DNA from: Lingula anatina
Taxonomy: Eukaryota > Animalia > Brachiopoda
NCBI GenBank assembly: GCA_051362555.1
Contig: JBPQGU010000016.1
Coordinates: 2,542,001 to 2,606,000, forward strand
Direction of reading: 5' to 3'
DNA: 64,000 nucleotides
In this document: positions 15,001 to 28,260 of the stretch, one piece after another
Position numbering within the stretch: position 1 is the first letter of the stretch
Layout: each line of letters begins with the position of its first letter
Made by a program: the position numbers and the translations under genes
The notes under the pieces: generated by a model
The model's database searches: none
The model's input: only the letters and a program-made list of their open reading frames with translations
Told to the model about the DNA's origin: nothing

Positions 15001-18000
15001 CAGGTAGGGTTGAAAAATTTTTTTCTTCATTATAGTGTCTGGTAGGTGTGTTTGGTCATTTGTAGTCAGAATAAAGTGCTGGAAGAGTGGTTGTGTCATT
15101 ATTAAGGAAGAAATAGAGCAAAAACTCTCTCCACCCCCCCCTCTCTCCAAATCCTGTTCTCAGGTGTGCTTTTTGGCCATCTTTAAAGCTGAAATTGGGG
15201 GCTTTAATGAAGTGATCCGGGCGCGTTTCCACATTTTTTATGAATGACAGGTGTGGTAGATTGATTTTCATCACTTTTTGGAAAATTTGGTGACGGGTCA
15301 TTTTTGGGTGATTTTGAGTGATTTTCGTAAGGTCCGGATATGGCAGTTTTCTTCAATTTTGGCCAGGTAGGGTTGAAAATTTTTATTCTTCATTATAGTG
15401 TCTGGTAGGTGTGTTTGGTCATTTGTAGTCAGAATAAAGTGCTGGAAGAGTGGTTGTGTCATTATTAAGGAAGAAATAGAGCAAAAACTCTCTCCACCCC
15501 CCCCCCTCTCTCCAAATCCTGTTCTCAGGTGTGCTTTTTGGCCATCTTTAAAGCTGAAATTGGGGGCTTTAATGAAGTGATCCGGGCGCGTTTCCACATT
15601 TTTTATGAATGACAGGTGTGGTAGATTGATTTTCATCACTTTTTGGAAAATTTGGTGACGGGTCATTTTTGGGTGATTTTGAGTGATTTTCGTAAGGTCC
15701 GGATATGGCAGTTTTCTTCAATTTTGGCCAGGTAGGGTTGAAAAATTTTTTTCTTCATTATAGTGTCTGGTAGGTGTGTTTGGTCATTTGTAGTCAGAAT
15801 AAAGTGCTGGAAGAGTGGTTGTGTCATTATTAAGGAAGAAATAGAGCAAAAACTCTCTCCACCCCCCCTCTCTCCAAATCCTGTTCTCAGGTGTGCTTTT
15901 TGGCCATCTTTAAAGCTGAAATTGGGGGCTTTAATGAAGTGATCCGGGCGCGTTTCCACATTTTTTATGAATGACAGGTGTGGTAGATTGATTTTCATCA
16001 CTTTTTGGAAAATTTGGTGACGGGTCATTTTTGGGTGATTTTGAGTGATTTTCGTAAGGTCCGGATATGGCAGTTTTCTTCAATTTTGGCCAGGTAGGGT
16101 TGAAAATTTTTTTTCTTCATTATAGTGTCTGGTAGGTGTGTTTGGTCATTTGTAGTCAGAATAAAGTGCTGGAAGAGTGGTTGTGTCATTATTAAGGAAG
16201 AAATAGAGCAAAAACTCTCTCCACCCCCCCCCCCCTCTCTCCAAATCCTGTTCTCAGGTGTGCTTTTTGGCCATCTTTAAAGCTGAAATTGGGGGCTTTA
16301 ATGAAGTGATCCGGGCGCGTTTCCACATTTTTTATGAATGACAGGTGTGGTAGATTGATTTTCATCACTTTTTGGAAAATTTGGTGACGGGTCATTTTTG
16401 GGTGATTTTGAGTGATTTTCGTAAGGTCCGGATATGGCAGTTTTCTTCAATTTTGGCCAGGTAGGGTTGAAAAATTTTTTTCTTCATTATAGTGTCTGGT
16501 AGGTGTGTTTGGTCATTTGTAGTCAGAATAAAGTGCTGGAAGAGTGGTTGTGTCATTATTAAGGAAGAAATAGAGCAAAAACTCTCTCCACCCCCCCTCT
16601 CTCCAAATCCTGTTCTCAGGTGTGCTTTCTGGCCATCTTTAAAGCTGAAATTGGGGGCTTTAATGAAGTGATCCGGGCGCGTTTCCACATTTTTTATGAA
16701 TGACAGGTGTGGTAGATTGATTTTCATCACTTTTTGGAAAATTTGGTGACGGGTCATTTTTGGGTGATTTTGAGTGATTTTCGTAAGGTCCGGATATGGC
16801 AGTTTTCTTCAATTTTGGCCAGGTAGGGTTGAAAAATTTTTTTCTTCATTATAGTGTCTGGTAGGTGTGTTTGGTCATTTGTAGTCAGAATAAAGTGCTG
16901 GAAGAGTGGTTGTGTCATTATTAAGGAAGAAATAGAGCAAAAACTCTCTCCACCCCCCCTCTCTCCAAATCCTGTTCTCAGGTGTGCTTTTTGGCCATCT
17001 TTAAAGCTGAAATTGGGGGCTTTAATGAAGTGATCCGGGCGCGTTTCCACATTTTTTATGAATGACAGGTGTGGTAGATTGATTTTCATCACTTTTTGGA
17101 AAATTTGGTGACGGGTCATTTTTGGGTGATTTTGAGTGATTTTCGTAAGGTCCGGATATGGCAGTTTTCTTCAATTTTGGCCAGGTAGGGTTGAAAAATT
17201 TTTTTCTTCATTATAGTGTCTGGTAGGTGTGTTTGGTCATTTGTAGTCAGAATAAAGTGCTGGAAGAGTGGTTGTGTCATTATTAAGGAAGAAATAGAGC
17301 AAAAACTCTCTCCACCCCCCCTCTCTCCAAATCCTGTTCTCAGGTGTGCTTTTTGGCCATCTTTAAAGCTGAAATTGGGGGCTTTAATGAAGTGATCCGG
17401 GCGCGTTTCCACATTTTTTATGAATGACAGGTGTGGTAGATTGATTTTCATCACTTTTTGGAAAATTTGGTGACGGGTCATTTTTGGGTGATTTTGAGTG
17501 ATTTTCGTAAGGTCCGGATATGGCAGTTTTCTTCAATTTTGGCCAGGTAGGGTTGAAAAATTTTTTTCTTCATTATAGTGTCTGGTAGGTGTGTTTGGTC
17601 ATTTGTAGTCAGAATAAAGTGCTGGAAGAGTGGTTGTGTCATTATTAAGGAAGAAATAGAGCAAAAACTCTCTCCACCCCCCCTCTCTCCAAATCCTGTT
17701 CTCAGGTGTGCTTTTTGGCCATCTTTAAAGCTGAAATTGGGGGCTTTAATGAAGTGATCCGGGCGCGTTTCCACATTTTTTATGAATGACAGGTGTGGTA
17801 GATTGATTTTCATCACTTTTTGGAAAATTTGGTGACGGGTCATTTTTGGGTGATTTTGAGTGATTTTCGTAAGGACCGGATATGGCAGTTTTCTTCAATT
17901 TTGGCCAGGTAGGGTTGAAAAATTTTTTTCTTCATTATAGTGTCTGGTAGGTGTGTTTGGTCATTTGTAGTCAGAATAAAGTGCTGGAAGAGTGGTTGTG

Positions 18001-21000
18001 TCATTATTAAGGAAGAAATAGAGCAAAAACTCTCTCCACCCCCCCTCTCTCCAAATCCTGTTCTCAGGTGTGCTTTTTGGCCATCTTTAAAGCTGAAATT
18101 GGGGGCTTTAATGAAGTGATCCGGGCGCGTTTCCACATTTTTTATGAATGACAGGTGTGGTAGATTGATTTTCATCACTTTTTGGAAAATTTGGTGACGG
18201 GTCATTTTTGGGTGATTTTGAGTGATTTTCGTAAGGTCCGAATATGGCAGTTTTCTTCAATTTTGGCCAGGTAGGGTTGAAAAATTTTTTTCTTCATTAT
18301 AGTGTCTGGTAGGTGTGTTTGGTCATTTGTAGTCAGAATAAAGTGCTGGAAGAGTGGTTGTGTCATTATTAAGGAAGAAATAGAGCAAAAACTCTCTCCA
18401 CCCCCCCTCTCTCCAAATCCTGTTCTCAGGTGTGCTTTTTGGCCATCTTTAAAGCTGAAATGGGGGGCTTTAATGATGTGATCCGGGCGCGTTTCCACAT
18501 TTTTTATGAATGACAGGTGTGGTAGATTGATTTTCATCACTTTTTGGAAAATTTGGTGACGGGTCATTTTTGGGTGATTTTGAGTGATTTTCGTAAGGAC
18601 CGGATATGGCAGTTTTCTTCAATTTTGGCCAGGTAGGGTTGAAAAATTTTTTTCTTCATTATAGTGTCTGGTAGGTGTGTTTGGTCATTTGTAGTCAGAA
18701 TAAAGTGCTGGAAGAGTGGTTGTGTCATTATTAAGGAAGAAATAGAGCAAAAACTCTCTCCACCCCCCCTCTCTCCAAATCCTGTTCTCAGGTGTGCTTT
18801 TTGGCCATCTTTAAAGCTGAAATTGGGGGCTTTAATGAAGTGATCCGGGCGCGTTTCCACATTTTTTATGAATGACAGGTGTGGTAGATTGATTTTCATC
18901 ACTTTTTGGAAAATTTGGTGACGGGTCATTTTTGGGTGATTTTGAGTGATTTTCGTAAGGTCCGGATATGGCAGTTTTCTTCAATTTTGGCCAGGTAGGG
19001 TTGAAAAATTTTTTTCTTCATTATAGTGTCTGGTAGGTGTGTTTGGTCATTTGTAGTCAGAATAAAGTGCTGGAAGAGTGGTTGTGTCATTATTAAGGAA
19101 GAAATAGAGCAAAAACTCTCTCCACCCCCCCTCTCTCTCCAAATCCTGTTCTCAGGTGTGCTTTTTGGCCATCTTTAAAGCTGAAATTGGGGGCTTTAAT
19201 GAAGTGATCCGGGCGCGTTTCCACATTTTTTATGAATGACAGGTGTGGTAGATTGATTTTCATCACTTTTTGGAAAATTTGGTGACGGGTCATTTTTGGG
19301 TGATTTTGAGTGATTTTCGTAAGGTCCGGATATGGCAGTTTTCTTCAATTTTGGCCAGGTAGGGTTGAAAAATTTTTTTCTTCATTATAGTGTCTGGTAG
19401 GTGTGTTTGGTCATTTGTAGTCAGAATAAAGTGCTGGAAGAGTGGTAGTGTCATTATTAAGGAAGAAATAGAGCAAAAACTCTCTCCACCCCCCCTCTCT
19501 CCAAATCCTGTTCTCAGGTGTGCTTTTTGGCCATCTTTAAAGCTGAAATTGGGGGCTTTAATGAAGTGATCCGGGCGCATTTCCACATTTTTTATGAATG
19601 ACAGGTGTGGTAGATTGATTTTCATCACTTTTTGGAAAATTTGGTGACAGGTCATTTTTGGGTGATTTTGAGTGATTTTAGTAAGGTCCGGATATGGCAG
19701 TTTTCTTCAATTTTGGCCAGGTAGGGTTGAAAAATTTTTTTCTTCATTATAGTGTCTGGTAGGTGTGTTTGGTCATTTGTAGTCAGAATAAAGTGCTGGA
19801 AGAGTGGTTGTGTCATTATTAAGGAAGAAATAGAGCAAAAACTCTCTCCACCCCCCCTCTCTCTCCAAATCCTGTTCTCAGGTGTGCTTTTTGGCCATCT
19901 TTAAAGCTGAAATTGGGGGCTTTAATGAAGTGATCCGGGCGCATTTCCACATTTTTTATGAATGACAGGTGTGGTAGATTGATTTTCATCACTTTTTGGA
20001 AAATTTGGTGACGGGTCATTTTTGGGTGATTTTGAGTGATTTTCGTAAGGTCCGGATATGGCAGTTTTCTTCAATTTTGGCCAGGTAGGGTTGAAAAATT
20101 TTTTTCTTCATTATAGTGTCTGGTAGGTGTGTTTGGTCATTTGTAGTCAGAATAAAGTGCTGGAAGAGTGGTTGTGTCATTATTAAGGAAGAAATAGAGC
20201 AAAAACTCTCTCCACCCCCCCTCTCTCCAAATCCTGTTCTCAGGTGTGCTTTTTGGCCATCTTTAAAGCTGAAATTGGGGGCTTTAATGAAGTGATCCGG
20301 GCGCGTTTCCACATTTTTTATGAATGACAGGTGTGGTAGATTGATTTTCATCACTTTTTGGAAAATTTGGTGACGGGTCATTTTTGGGTGATTTTGAGTG
20401 ATTTTCGTAAGGTCCGGATATGGCAGTTTTCTTCAATTTTGGCCAGGTAGGGTTGAAAAATTTTTTTCTTCATTATAGTGTCTGGTAGGTGTGTTTGGTC
20501 ATTTGTAGTCAGAATAAAGTGCTGGAAGAGTGGTTGTGTCATTATTAAGGAAGAAATAGAGCAAAAACTCTCTCCACCCCCCCTCTCTCCAAATCCTGTT
20601 CTCAGGTGTGCTTTTTGGCCATCTTTAAAGCTGAAATTGGGGGCTTTAATGAAGTGATCCGGGCGCGTTTCCACATTTTTTATGAATGACAGGTGTGGTA
20701 GATTGATTTTCATCACTTTTTGGAAAATTTGGTGACGGGTCATTTTTGGGTGATTTTGAGTGATTTTCGTAAGGTCCGGATATGGCAGTTTTCTTCAATT
20801 TTGGCCAGGTAGGGTTGAAAAATTTTTTTCTTCATTATAGTGTCTGGTAGGTGTGTTTGGTCATTTGTAGTCAGAATAAAGTGCTGGAAGAGTGGTTGTG
20901 TCATTATTAAGGAAGAAATAGAGCAAAAACTCTCTCCACCCCCCCTCTCTCCAAATCCTGTTCTCAGGTGTGCTTTTTGGCCATCTTTAAAGCTGAAATT

Positions 21001-22020
21001 GGGGGCTTTAATGAAGTGATCCGGGCGCGTTTCCACATTTTTTATGAATGACAGGTGTGGTAGATTGATTTTCATCACTTTTTGGAAAATTTGGTGACGG
21101 GTCATTTTTGGGTGATTTTGAGTGATTTTCGTAAGGTCCGGATATGGCGGTTTTCTTCAATTTTGGCCAGGTAGGGTTGAAAAATTTTTTTCTTCATTAT
21201 AGTGTCTGGTAGGTGTGTTTGGTCATTTGTAGTCAGAATAAAGTGCTGGAAGAGTGGTTGTGTCATTATTAAGGAAGAAATAGAGCAAAAACTCTCTCCA
21301 CCCCCCCTCTCTCCAAATCCTGTTCTCAGGTGTGCTTTTTGGCCATCTTTAAAGCTGAAATTGGGGGCTTTAATGAAGTGATCCGGGCGCGTTTCCACAT
21401 TTTTTATGAATGACAGGTGTGGTAGATTGATTTTCATCACTTTTTGGAAAATTTGGTGACGGGTCATTTTTGGGTGATTTTGAGTGATTTTCGTAAGGTC
21501 CGGATATGGCAGTTTTCTTCAATTTTGGCCAGGTAGGGTTGAAAAATTTTTTTCTTCATTATAGTGTCTGGTAGGTGTGTTTGGTCATTTGTAGTCAGAA
21601 TAAAGTGCTGGAAGAGTGGTTGTGTCATTATTAAGGAAGAAATAGAGCAAAAACTCTCTCCACCCCCCCTCTCTCCAAATCCTGTTCTCAGGTGTGCTTT
21701 TTGGCCATCTTTAAAGCTGAAATTGGGGGCTTTAATGAAGTGATCCGGGCGCGTTTCCACATTTTTTATGAATGACAGGTGTGGTAGATTGATTTTCATC
21801 ACTTTTTGGAAAATTTGGTGACGGGTCATTTTTGGGTGATTTTGAGTGATTTTCGTAAGGTCCGGATATGGCAGTTTTCTTCAATTTTGGCCAGGTAGGG
21901 TTGAAAAATTTTTTTCTTCATTATAGTGTCTGGTAGGTGTGTTTGGTCATTTGTAGTCAGAATAAAGTGCTGGAAGAGTGGTTGTGTCATTATTAAGGAA
22001 GAAATAGAGCAAAAACTCTC
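1..22020. repeat. 362-bp satellite DNA tandem array, ~59 near-identical units, continuing beyond the left edge
   Basis: The same sequence recurs every 362 bp (ORF track period 204, 566, 928...). Variation is limited to C-run length, a few SNPs and a 10-bp deletion variant. The array ends mid-unit at ...GCAAAAACTCTC (22020). Confidence 0.99.
12693..13321. mobile_element. 629-bp non-autonomous DNA transposon (MITE), Kolobok-like, inserted in the satellite
   Basis: The satellite TTAA is duplicated on both sides (12689-12692 and 13322-13325). Terminal inverted repeats AGTCATAATAACTCTTC / GAAGAGTTATTATTGCT match 15/17. A TTAA TSD with 5'-RR ends fits Kolobok better than piggyBac. No coding capacity. 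Confidence 0.85.
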
Positions 22021-22442
22021 TGGTTAGCCGGGCTTACTATAAGGGACGAATTTCACCTGTACAAAGTAATGGTAAAGGGACTACGGTTCTTAGCTACCAT
22101 TTCTGTCCCACTAGATCCTAACATGTAATTATAGGGAGTTTTACTTGTTTTCACAAGTTCGCTTCTTACTGTTTAGGTTGATGTAGAGAACGTTGCATTA
22201 TGTATACATCAAAAATAATTAAAGGAATAAAATTGAAATCTAGTGAGCTCGTAGCTGGGAGAGGCCTGTAATTATAAAAGTGAACTTCCAACTACATGTA
22301 CTGTTACAATTCTAAGAATTGGCTGTGCTGGATCGTGACTGCGCACGTGCGGGACGGGAAGGGATGTGTGAATTGAATATGCGCCACCAACCCTAGCAGT
22401 TTTTTCAGACACTACACATTTCCCATTTCTTATTTCTTACAG

Positions 22443-23803
22443 TGAAAGTCGATGTGGATGATGGCGGTTATCGACTGAACAGCAATAAGTTCTCACACGC
22501 ATATAAACTGGCGCAGTTTCACTGGCATTGGGGTAACGGAAGCACCGAGGGTTCGGAGCACACTATCGATGGTACTGAATACCCACTGGAGGTACGTGTT
22601 TAGTTGTCAAGCTAATTTGATATTGCCATAGGACCTTAATGAATTTTAATACAAGTAGATGTGAAATGGAAACCATTAAAAAGTTGTGGAGTGAGTCCGA
22701 GTGAGCCAATAAGTGCGTGTTTGCGTACAGAGTGCACCTCTGCGTGCCTATAGTTCGTCTATGCCCAAACCTGTTTGTGGACAGTATTTTTAACCTCTCG
22801 GATATTATGGATGGAAATAAAATGGTAAATACATATTTTTTTCTATTTCAGATGCATTTCGTCCATTACTCAACTGCTTACAATGCTATCGGCGATGCCA
22901 TATCCCAATCAAAAGGTCTTGCGGCTCTGGGCGTCATGTTTACAGTAAGTAAAATACCTTGTCGCTCTTTCCGTCACATTAACACTATATAAAATATTAT
23001 AAGGCATTACTAATGTATAATACATCTCATGAAAAGTTCACATTAAGAAAATAACGCTAAATCAATACCTTTTACAACATAACTTTCACTTGCATAAATT
23101 TGCATCAATAAATTGTATTTAGTCGGTATTCATTTCTTATTATGAAGACTCTGTTTTAGTTTTACTATTTTTTCACAATTTGTTATTAAATGTAAATATA
23201 GTTTTCTTCATCGTCGTATTTATGTTGAAGTAACAGCTACACGCGCCTCATTACATTTAGATTCAGTCCAGCGACAATCAGGCTTTGAAACCAATTTTTG
23301 ATCTGCTTCCAAACATACAATCTTCAGGTTGGTATAATATTCTATAAAACGTAATTATCATTCATTTATCATGTTAAAAACAACCTTGAATCAGCGATTG
23401 AAGTGCATAATGTGCTTTTGTATGTAATAAGTAGCAGTTTGTTTCCACAACGCGCAGTAGTTTACACAGAGTAAAAATTTTAGTTACGTAGGCAAAGTAA
23501 ATGAATAAATAAAATTAATTAATTAACCTCATTTTTCAAATTAATAGGTTCTTCGCATACTTTTAACTATACCGGCAGCCTGATGAGCTTCCTGCCAAGC
23601 GATAAGTCGTATTACCGGTACATGGGCAGTTTGACGACTCCAGCTTGCCAAGAGTCCGTTGTGTGGACATTACTTCAAACGCCAGTCGGTATTTCTGAGG
23701 CTCAGGTGTGTACAGGATTTATTCATTATGTTTGCAAGTTTCTAGTGGGTTGTGAAAATGCAAATTTTGATTCCTTCCTTGGTGTGTGTTTTGTGCGTGT
23801 GTG

Positions 23804-23846
<43 letters not shown>

Positions 23847-24126
23847 GAGAGACGGTGATAGTCATTTTTTTCCTGAGAAGTCAAAATATTTTGAAAAAAA
23901 TTAAAATTCGCTTACATATTTCTTATTCCAGATGAACCTACTTAGGACTAACCCAATGTTCGAAAACAACGGAGGCTATATGGTGAATAATTACCGCCCT
24001 CCTCAGCCTCTGAACGGGAGGACAATCTCCAAACCGGGCACCGCAGGCTCCAGTGCAGGTCAAGTCGTCCATTCCGTCGCAGCTTTTGTCCTCACGATGG
24101 TTGCAGCAGCCTTATGGTTTCTTTAA
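22443..24126 (+). CDS. Alpha-carbonic anhydrase 1, 3' five exons (22443-22591, 22852-22944, 23261-23327, 23548-23705, 23932-24126); probably GPI-anchored; 5' exons not in window
   Basis: GT-AG exons splice in frame to give [51 protein letters not shown] and [11 protein letters not shown]. The protein ends in small residues plus a hydrophobic tail with no cytoplasmic segment. Confidence 0.93.
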
Positions 24127-25719
24127 GTAATTGTATATGTTATATCAAATACTCTAAAATCAGATATCAAACTTACAAAACGTATGCAATGGTTGAATGC
24201 ACAATTTCTATTCCCGATTCCGAAAAATGTTACATACAGTTTTAATGTGAAAAGAATTGTTGTTGTCTTACTTGCCAAACTAACTGCTGAGAAAATGAAT
24301 TTATACTGCACTTATGCGTCATATTAGCATGTTTCCAAATGAAAACTATACCAAAGAAAATAATTTAGAGGCCAAAAGAGAGGCAGCCAAGGGCACGTTT
24401 CGGTATGACTATTAAAAACTGCAGGTTTAATATGAACAGAGTCTATTAATAAACACACAAAGTCCTACAGTATGACACAGCTGACCATGTGCGGATTTGA
24501 CTGACGGCACAAGTTTACATACATGGCACATAATCATAGATAAAGAGTTTTTAATGTTGCTTTTGGGCCATGGAGCCAATACAAGGCAAAACAAAAATAT
24601 TCAACGTTAATTATACATCTAATTTCTTGATACGAAGGCTTTTAGGAAACCGTATGTTCTATTTTGCGCGTTATATCTCTTATGCAACGATTATGTTATG
24701 AAACAGAAGAACGATCTGAAATAAAAAAGATGTCAAGTTGAGCCTTTCTATTGATATATATATATATATATATAACATGTTTCGTGATTATCTAGCTTGG
24801 TCGGTTGAGAAGATATATATAAACATCCCCATCCCCCGCCCACACTAATTTCAAAATCTCACTATCTCCACATCTGGTTTCTATCAAGCGCGTTCAGAGC
24901 TTGGGATAAACATACCGGTATAGCTCCTCGGGCCAGGAAATCAGGAGAGGGGGAGTAGAGAGGAGCATGTCTTCTCAATATGGAAATCTATATATTTTTG
25001 GTAATTTCCTTTTTAACATTTACGAACACTATAAAATACCCTTTCTCGAATTAATATCAGGTTCACACATTTCTGTAAATGTCCTGAATCTAAATGCTAA
25101 TTAATGTAAAATGTCAGAGACTTTAATTTATGACGATAGAGAGAGGTAAAGGGCCTTAATTGTGCTCCTGCACCACCTCTCTCTTTGTTGGGAGGAACAT
25201 GGCTTCTCTACCCTAGGTTCTAGATTTCACGACAGTGGATGGTATAATTGAGCAAATGAGGAATTCCCAGCTGCAGTCATAGAAGGATGGCGACATAAAC
25301 ACAAAATTAGTATTTCAGTGACAGAGAAATTCAGAAGCTACATTATTTCATTTTGATTTAGAAATTGAAAGGTTAAAATATGTTAGCTTTGCTGTTGCCT
25401 TGGATAGCAATAAAATCGTAAATGCATTCGGAATCAAAATATCATTATAGTATGTTTAAAAATTAAAATATTTGATTGATTAATGCCTGTTGAAAAAAGC
25501 GTTGGAGGCAGTACGTATTCCAGTTGATGGATTTGAACACCTTTGTTATTCAAACTTTTTGAGTCCGAAAATAATGCCAGAATTGCATCTTTAATGCCAA
25601 CATTGTTTTCTTTTTTATAATTTTTCAACAGTGTCCTCAACTTTATGACCTTCTTATTTATAGTTACACCATGTGATATTATATAAGTTAAGTAAGCTTA
25701 CATCTTGTAGTTTAGAGAA

Positions 25720-26078
25720 CCGACCGGATGGCCTTGTGGTTAGAGTGTCCGCCTCCGGAGCGGGAGGACGTGGGTTCAAATCCCGTCCGGGGACATACCA
25801 GTCCTTAATAAACGGTACCTGCTGTCTCCCCGCTTGGCACTCAGCATAAAGGGGTTGAAGCAGGGGCCTGGTCAGGCAGGTTGGAAATGTTATATTAGCT
25901 ATGAGCGCCTTATATGGCAGCCGAGCTGTATGCTCCCCAGGGAGGTGAGACCGCCTACGGAGTGCACCAGTGCAAAAATAACCAGGCTTCCTTGACTTAA
26001 ATATTCATATATGTAATTGTATAACTTCAACCTTCGGGTTGCGATTTCTCCAATAAAGATTATTATTATTATTATTAT
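25720..26078 (+). mobile_element. tRNA-derived SINE, MetaSINE-like
   Basis: tRNA-like head with A box (TGGCCTTGTGG) and B box (GGTTCAAATCC). The central GGTACCTGCTGTCTCCCCGCTTGGCACTCAGCAT resembles the Meta domain as I recall it. It ends in a (TTA)n tail. Confidence 0.75.
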
Positions 26079-26090
26079 GAAGTGTGAGAT

Positions 26091-26186
26091 AATACACTGT
26101 CACCCGAGCGATATATGCCATAACACCTCGAGCGTCAGCGAGAGGTGTTCATGGCATATATCGCGAGAGGGTGACAGTGTATTATT
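26091..26186. repeat. Long imperfect palindrome, probable end of a non-autonomous DNA element
   Basis: ATAATACACTGTCACCC..GCGATATATGCCAT..AACACCTC pairs with GAGGTGTT..ATGGCATATATCGC..GGGTGACAGTGTATTAT. Confidence 0.7.
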
Positions 26187-26539
26187 TGACATACATACCG
26201 AGAACAAATACAGTCATTTCATCCTAAAACACCCCTAAAACCGAATAAAGTGACCCTATATCACGCTCTAGAGATGTTATATGAAATAAACTCGTCCACG
26301 TGCGCTGGTCACCTCCCGCCAAATTCTTACGTAATGCCTGACCAATTTGGTCATTTTTTGCTAAATACTTGTCATGAACGTTCAACTGGCGTGAAAAGTA
26401 TTTAATCAATCGTCGACACTGACCATGCGCGTCTCAGCTGAGCCACACCTAGCTGGACCTGCTGCAGAAAAAGGTCCCACGGCAAAACCTCTACTTTTAA
26501 GTGACATTTCTTATAAACAAGGAGCGTCGGACCGGTGAT

Positions 26540-26942
26540 ATTTCTGACAACGAGGCAGTTTCGGAATATAGTCAAAATCAAACAGATGTGTATTACAAGT
26601 TCACAGGAGTAATAATTCTAATTTTTATTGTTATTTCTGACGACGAGGCGGTTACGGAATATAGTCAAAATCAAACGGATGTTTATTTCAAGTTCACGGG
26701 AGTAATAATTCTAGTTTTTATTGTTCTTTCTGACGACGAGGCGGTTACGGAATATAGTCAAAATCAAACGGATGTTTATTCCAAGTTCACGGGAGTAATA
26801 ATTCTAGTTTTTATTGTTATTTCTGACGACGAGGCGGTTACGGAATATAGTCAAAATCAAACGGATGTTTATTTCAAGGTCACAGGAGTAATAATTCTAC
26901 GTTTTGGTGACATGTTTTACTACGAGGGGGTTTCGGAATATA
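26540..26942. repeat. 93-bp minisatellite, ~4.3 copies
   Basis: TTTCTGACGACGAGGCGGTTACGGAATATAGTCAAAATCAAACGGATG... repeats at 93-bp spacing. Confidence 0.95.
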
Positions 26943-27751
26943 CATGTGCTGGTTTCATAGCATGGAGCATGCTTCATGTAATTACAAGTTCAAAGGGGGA
27001 AATATTTGATTTTTACCGATATATCTGGTAAAGAGGAAGAATGAACAGCTTAAAAACAAAAGGTAAATAACACAGCCCTCGTTAAAAAGTTATAGATTTA
27101 CAAAAAAAAATGTGTACGCACGTGTGGCTTAAATGTAAACTAATTCCCGTTTTCAAACCATATCCATATGGTATGAATTAGTGTAATAAAATTATAATTA
27201 ATAATTGTTAAGCGTGAAATGTTTATGCAAATTTTTTAAGAGGGAGAGATTTTAAATTTGTCTACTGGTAGATATATAACGCAAGCAACGTCACTATTCT
27301 CTTGATGCCAAGAAGGTCTCACGATCAATCTGTCTTTGACTTCCAGCATTTAAGAGACCTCGACTGATTTAATCAAGATGTAGTCGTGAAATTCTAGACT
27401 ACATCGAGGTTAAATCCGAGTTTTCCGAGAGACGCTACGCAGAAATGTCGAGTGAAGCGAGATATTTTTGGGTAGCGGCTCGAGGATGCCCTCGATCTTC
27501 ACTGAAGCTTGTCTAAATGGACAGGCTTCAGTGATCATCATATCGCCACAGCAAATAACATCCCTAGGTATGTATGAAATACAAGAGCCCTAATACATAT
27601 TATATGAACCTTAAAATGTTGATATTCTAAGCTTTCGTCTCTATGCTTAAATATCGTAAAATATGAATAACATAAAATGTGAAATTATTAATATTTAAAA
27701 ATCTATATTAAAAAATCTAATCGGTCATTTGTCAATATTATTAGCGACTGC

Positions 27752-28260
27752 ACTAGATAGATCCCCAGGGCAACTTTTTACATCATCCTTGTGGCTCTGT
27801 GACATCTGGTTTACCCCCTGCCGAATGTCAACCACTTAGAGCATATCGTGCAATAAGTTGACCTTGACCTGACCTACTTTCCTAAAATTGGGTCACATGA
27901 CATAGAATCATTGTGTGACCTCACCTATGAAAGGATTTGTCAAAATCTTGAAAATTCTAGGAAATATTGCATTTTGAAAATTGCAAAATTTTCACTTTAA
28001 AAGGCTCTGTGACCTTGAAAATAAGGTCAAGGTCAATGAAATTGGGTGGACCGGAATAACTTTTCATAGGCTATCAGTATGAATTTTTTCAGAATTTTAG
28101 AAAAAAAAATTTTGACGAAAAATAATAATAATAATAATAATAAGAAGAAGAAGAACAGCAAAAACAATAGTATTCCCCTATGGGGAATCCTAATAATAAT
28201 AATAATAACAACAACAAGAAGAAGAATAAATCCAAGGGGAACACAATTGCAATAGTGGTC
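27752..28260. mobile_element. Possible Helentron/HINE-type non-autonomous repeat remnant with (AAT)n/(AAG)n microsatellite
   Basis: TGACCTTGACC motifs, a GACCTTGA-AAAT-AAGGTCAAGGTCA inverted motif and a trailing microsatellite resemble mollusc HINE-type repeats. The family call is from memory only. Confidence 0.35.

Noticed and set aside
204-21829. Dozens of identical 121-aa ORFs as a tandem gene family
   Set aside because: They are a by-product of the 362-bp repeat. Homopolymer length changes break them freely and they show no recognisable domain.
1-22020. CRISPR array
   Set aside because: There are no unique spacers and no cas genes. Whole units are identical.
25722-25800. Functional tRNA-Arg(CCG) gene
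   Set aside because: The acceptor stem is imperfect and runs on into a SINE body and (TTA)n tail, so it is a SINE head.
26501-27031. 176-aa repeat membrane protein
   Set aside because: It is the translation of a 93-bp minisatellite with a GTG start and no gene context.
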